Shown piece by piece: positions 62,700 to 64,000 of a stretch of 64,000 bases of DNA (position 1 is the first letter of the stretch; each line of letters begins with the position of its first letter). Location: contig OZ336885.1 of assembly GCA_965287045.1 (NCBI GenBank), positions 64,418,001 to 64,482,000 on the forward strand, in the 5' to 3' direction. This DNA comes from Carcharhinus amblyrhynchos. Taxonomy: Eukaryota. The position numbers were made by a program, and so were the translations under genes. The notes beneath the pieces are model-generated. The model saw nothing but the letters and a program-made list of their open reading frames with translations, was not told the DNA's origin and ran no database searches.

Positions 62700-63700
62700 G
62701 ATTGTCATTAAAAACTAGGGGGTGTGGTCTATTCACGACGGACGTTGACAGGCCCGGGCTGCTGCGCATGCGCAGTGACCCCGGCATGTCAACCTCCCAT
62801 TTGTTAGCCAGATCGATTGCTGGCCAGCCCGAGACCCCACAGTGCTGCCCTTCCACCCGTCCCGCAGAAGCATTCGAGAGCCAGCCATGTCCCCTGTCCC
62901 GGCACACCCTGATCTCCAGCCCCCTCTTCCCCTCCCACTCAACAGCACATGCCTTTCCACTGGATATCAGACCTCCCCATCCTGACAGGACACAACATGG
63001 CAGCTGGACCACGGCAGAGACCATTCCCCAGGTCCACCTCGATCTCTGGCCTCCATCCAGGCCCCATTGATCCAAATGCAGAATTGCAGCCAGTCTCCTC
63101 ATCCTTACCGAATAAGCTCTTCCAAGAAAAAAATGCGGGTTTTGCGGCGTTGGACTGGCATAATCACAGGAAATACTTCATCAGGGGATGATGGAGCGGT
63201 GCTCCGACAGGTCATGCTACCATATAAACCTTTCGGACTTTAACCTGGTATTGTGAGACTGCATAACATGTCTTTCTAGAATACGTCATAACCCTTTAGG
63301 ATCTGCAAACTTGGCATGTTCTCTAGGTTCCGCCCCCAAGGCACTGCCGGTGCCTGGTGGGATATGCCAAAATGCCCGCATGTGCAAGGATGCTCTGCCA
63401 CTTGACTGCATAGGCTGGTACTGCCAGACTTTTCATGCCCAGGGGTCAGCACATCCCCGTCACAGGATCCATGAATGGGGCTGCATTGCCTACTTAACTG
63501 CAACGGGATATCCCGCTGGTTACCCGAAAGTGGGGAGCTACTCTCAAATCCTACGGAGTGAAATACTCTTCCCGGTGTGGGAGATGCCATCGGGCACGGA
63601 TATTATAAGCTCCGGGCGCCGTAATGTCATTAAAATCACATTGAAAACAGATTAACATCGGTCATGTGGTCTTTCCACCGGTTTCCAGCGTGATCTCGAC
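62700..63700. mobile_element. Unclassified GC-rich repeat with a Penelope-type terminal segment at ~63180-63270
   Basis: gatgatggagcggtgctccgac..taaacct.tcggact.taacctggt resembles shark PLE termini. The flanks are GC-rich and unlike the host introns. Confidence 0.4.
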
Positions 63701-64000
63701 AGTGCCTGCTCTTCGGCGTTGGGAAATGCGCATGCGTCCGGAACGTTTGTGCGAATTTTGCGAATCGTCACTCATGTGCATCTCTCAACCTGACCCACAG
63801 CAAAATAGCGGGTCGCATTGAGGGGGTATCGTTGGGGGTGTACATGCAAAACAAATAAATGAAGGCAGGTTTCTACTGTCGCTAATTAAATGTTTTGGAA
63901 CACATTGTTAAATTAATTTAGCTCAAAGGAGGAAGGAAGTGCAATTTTTTGTGGTACGTGCCAGTAATAAGCCAAGTGCCTTGTAACATTTAAAAATCAT

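Overview
Repeat-rich vertebrate DNA, very likely from a shark or ray, judged by HE1- and SacSINE1-type SINEs, abundant CR1 LINEs, decayed Gypsy elements and Penelope-type terminal repeats. The only long ORFs are CR1 reverse transcriptases. Between the transposons, the minus strand carries what I read as one very large, decayed multi-exon gene spanning about 50.7 kb down to the window start. It has roughly 25 immunoglobulin-superfamily domain remnants: about 8-9 V-set, several with pre-joined J-like FGxG/DYWGQ motifs and no RSS noticed, and about 16-18 antigen-receptor-type C1-set, often two domains with no room for an intron. These are followed by tandemly duplicated 27-30 nt Ser/Thr/Pro micro-exons, then degenerate EGF-like and Cys-containing exons reminiscent of ADGRE (EMR1/CD97) adhesion GPCRs. 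A second remnant with the same EGF / micro-exon / Cys-exon layout lies near 61.7-62.4 kb. All domain calls come from manual motif reading across stops and frameshifts, so many boundaries are approximate and need profile searches.
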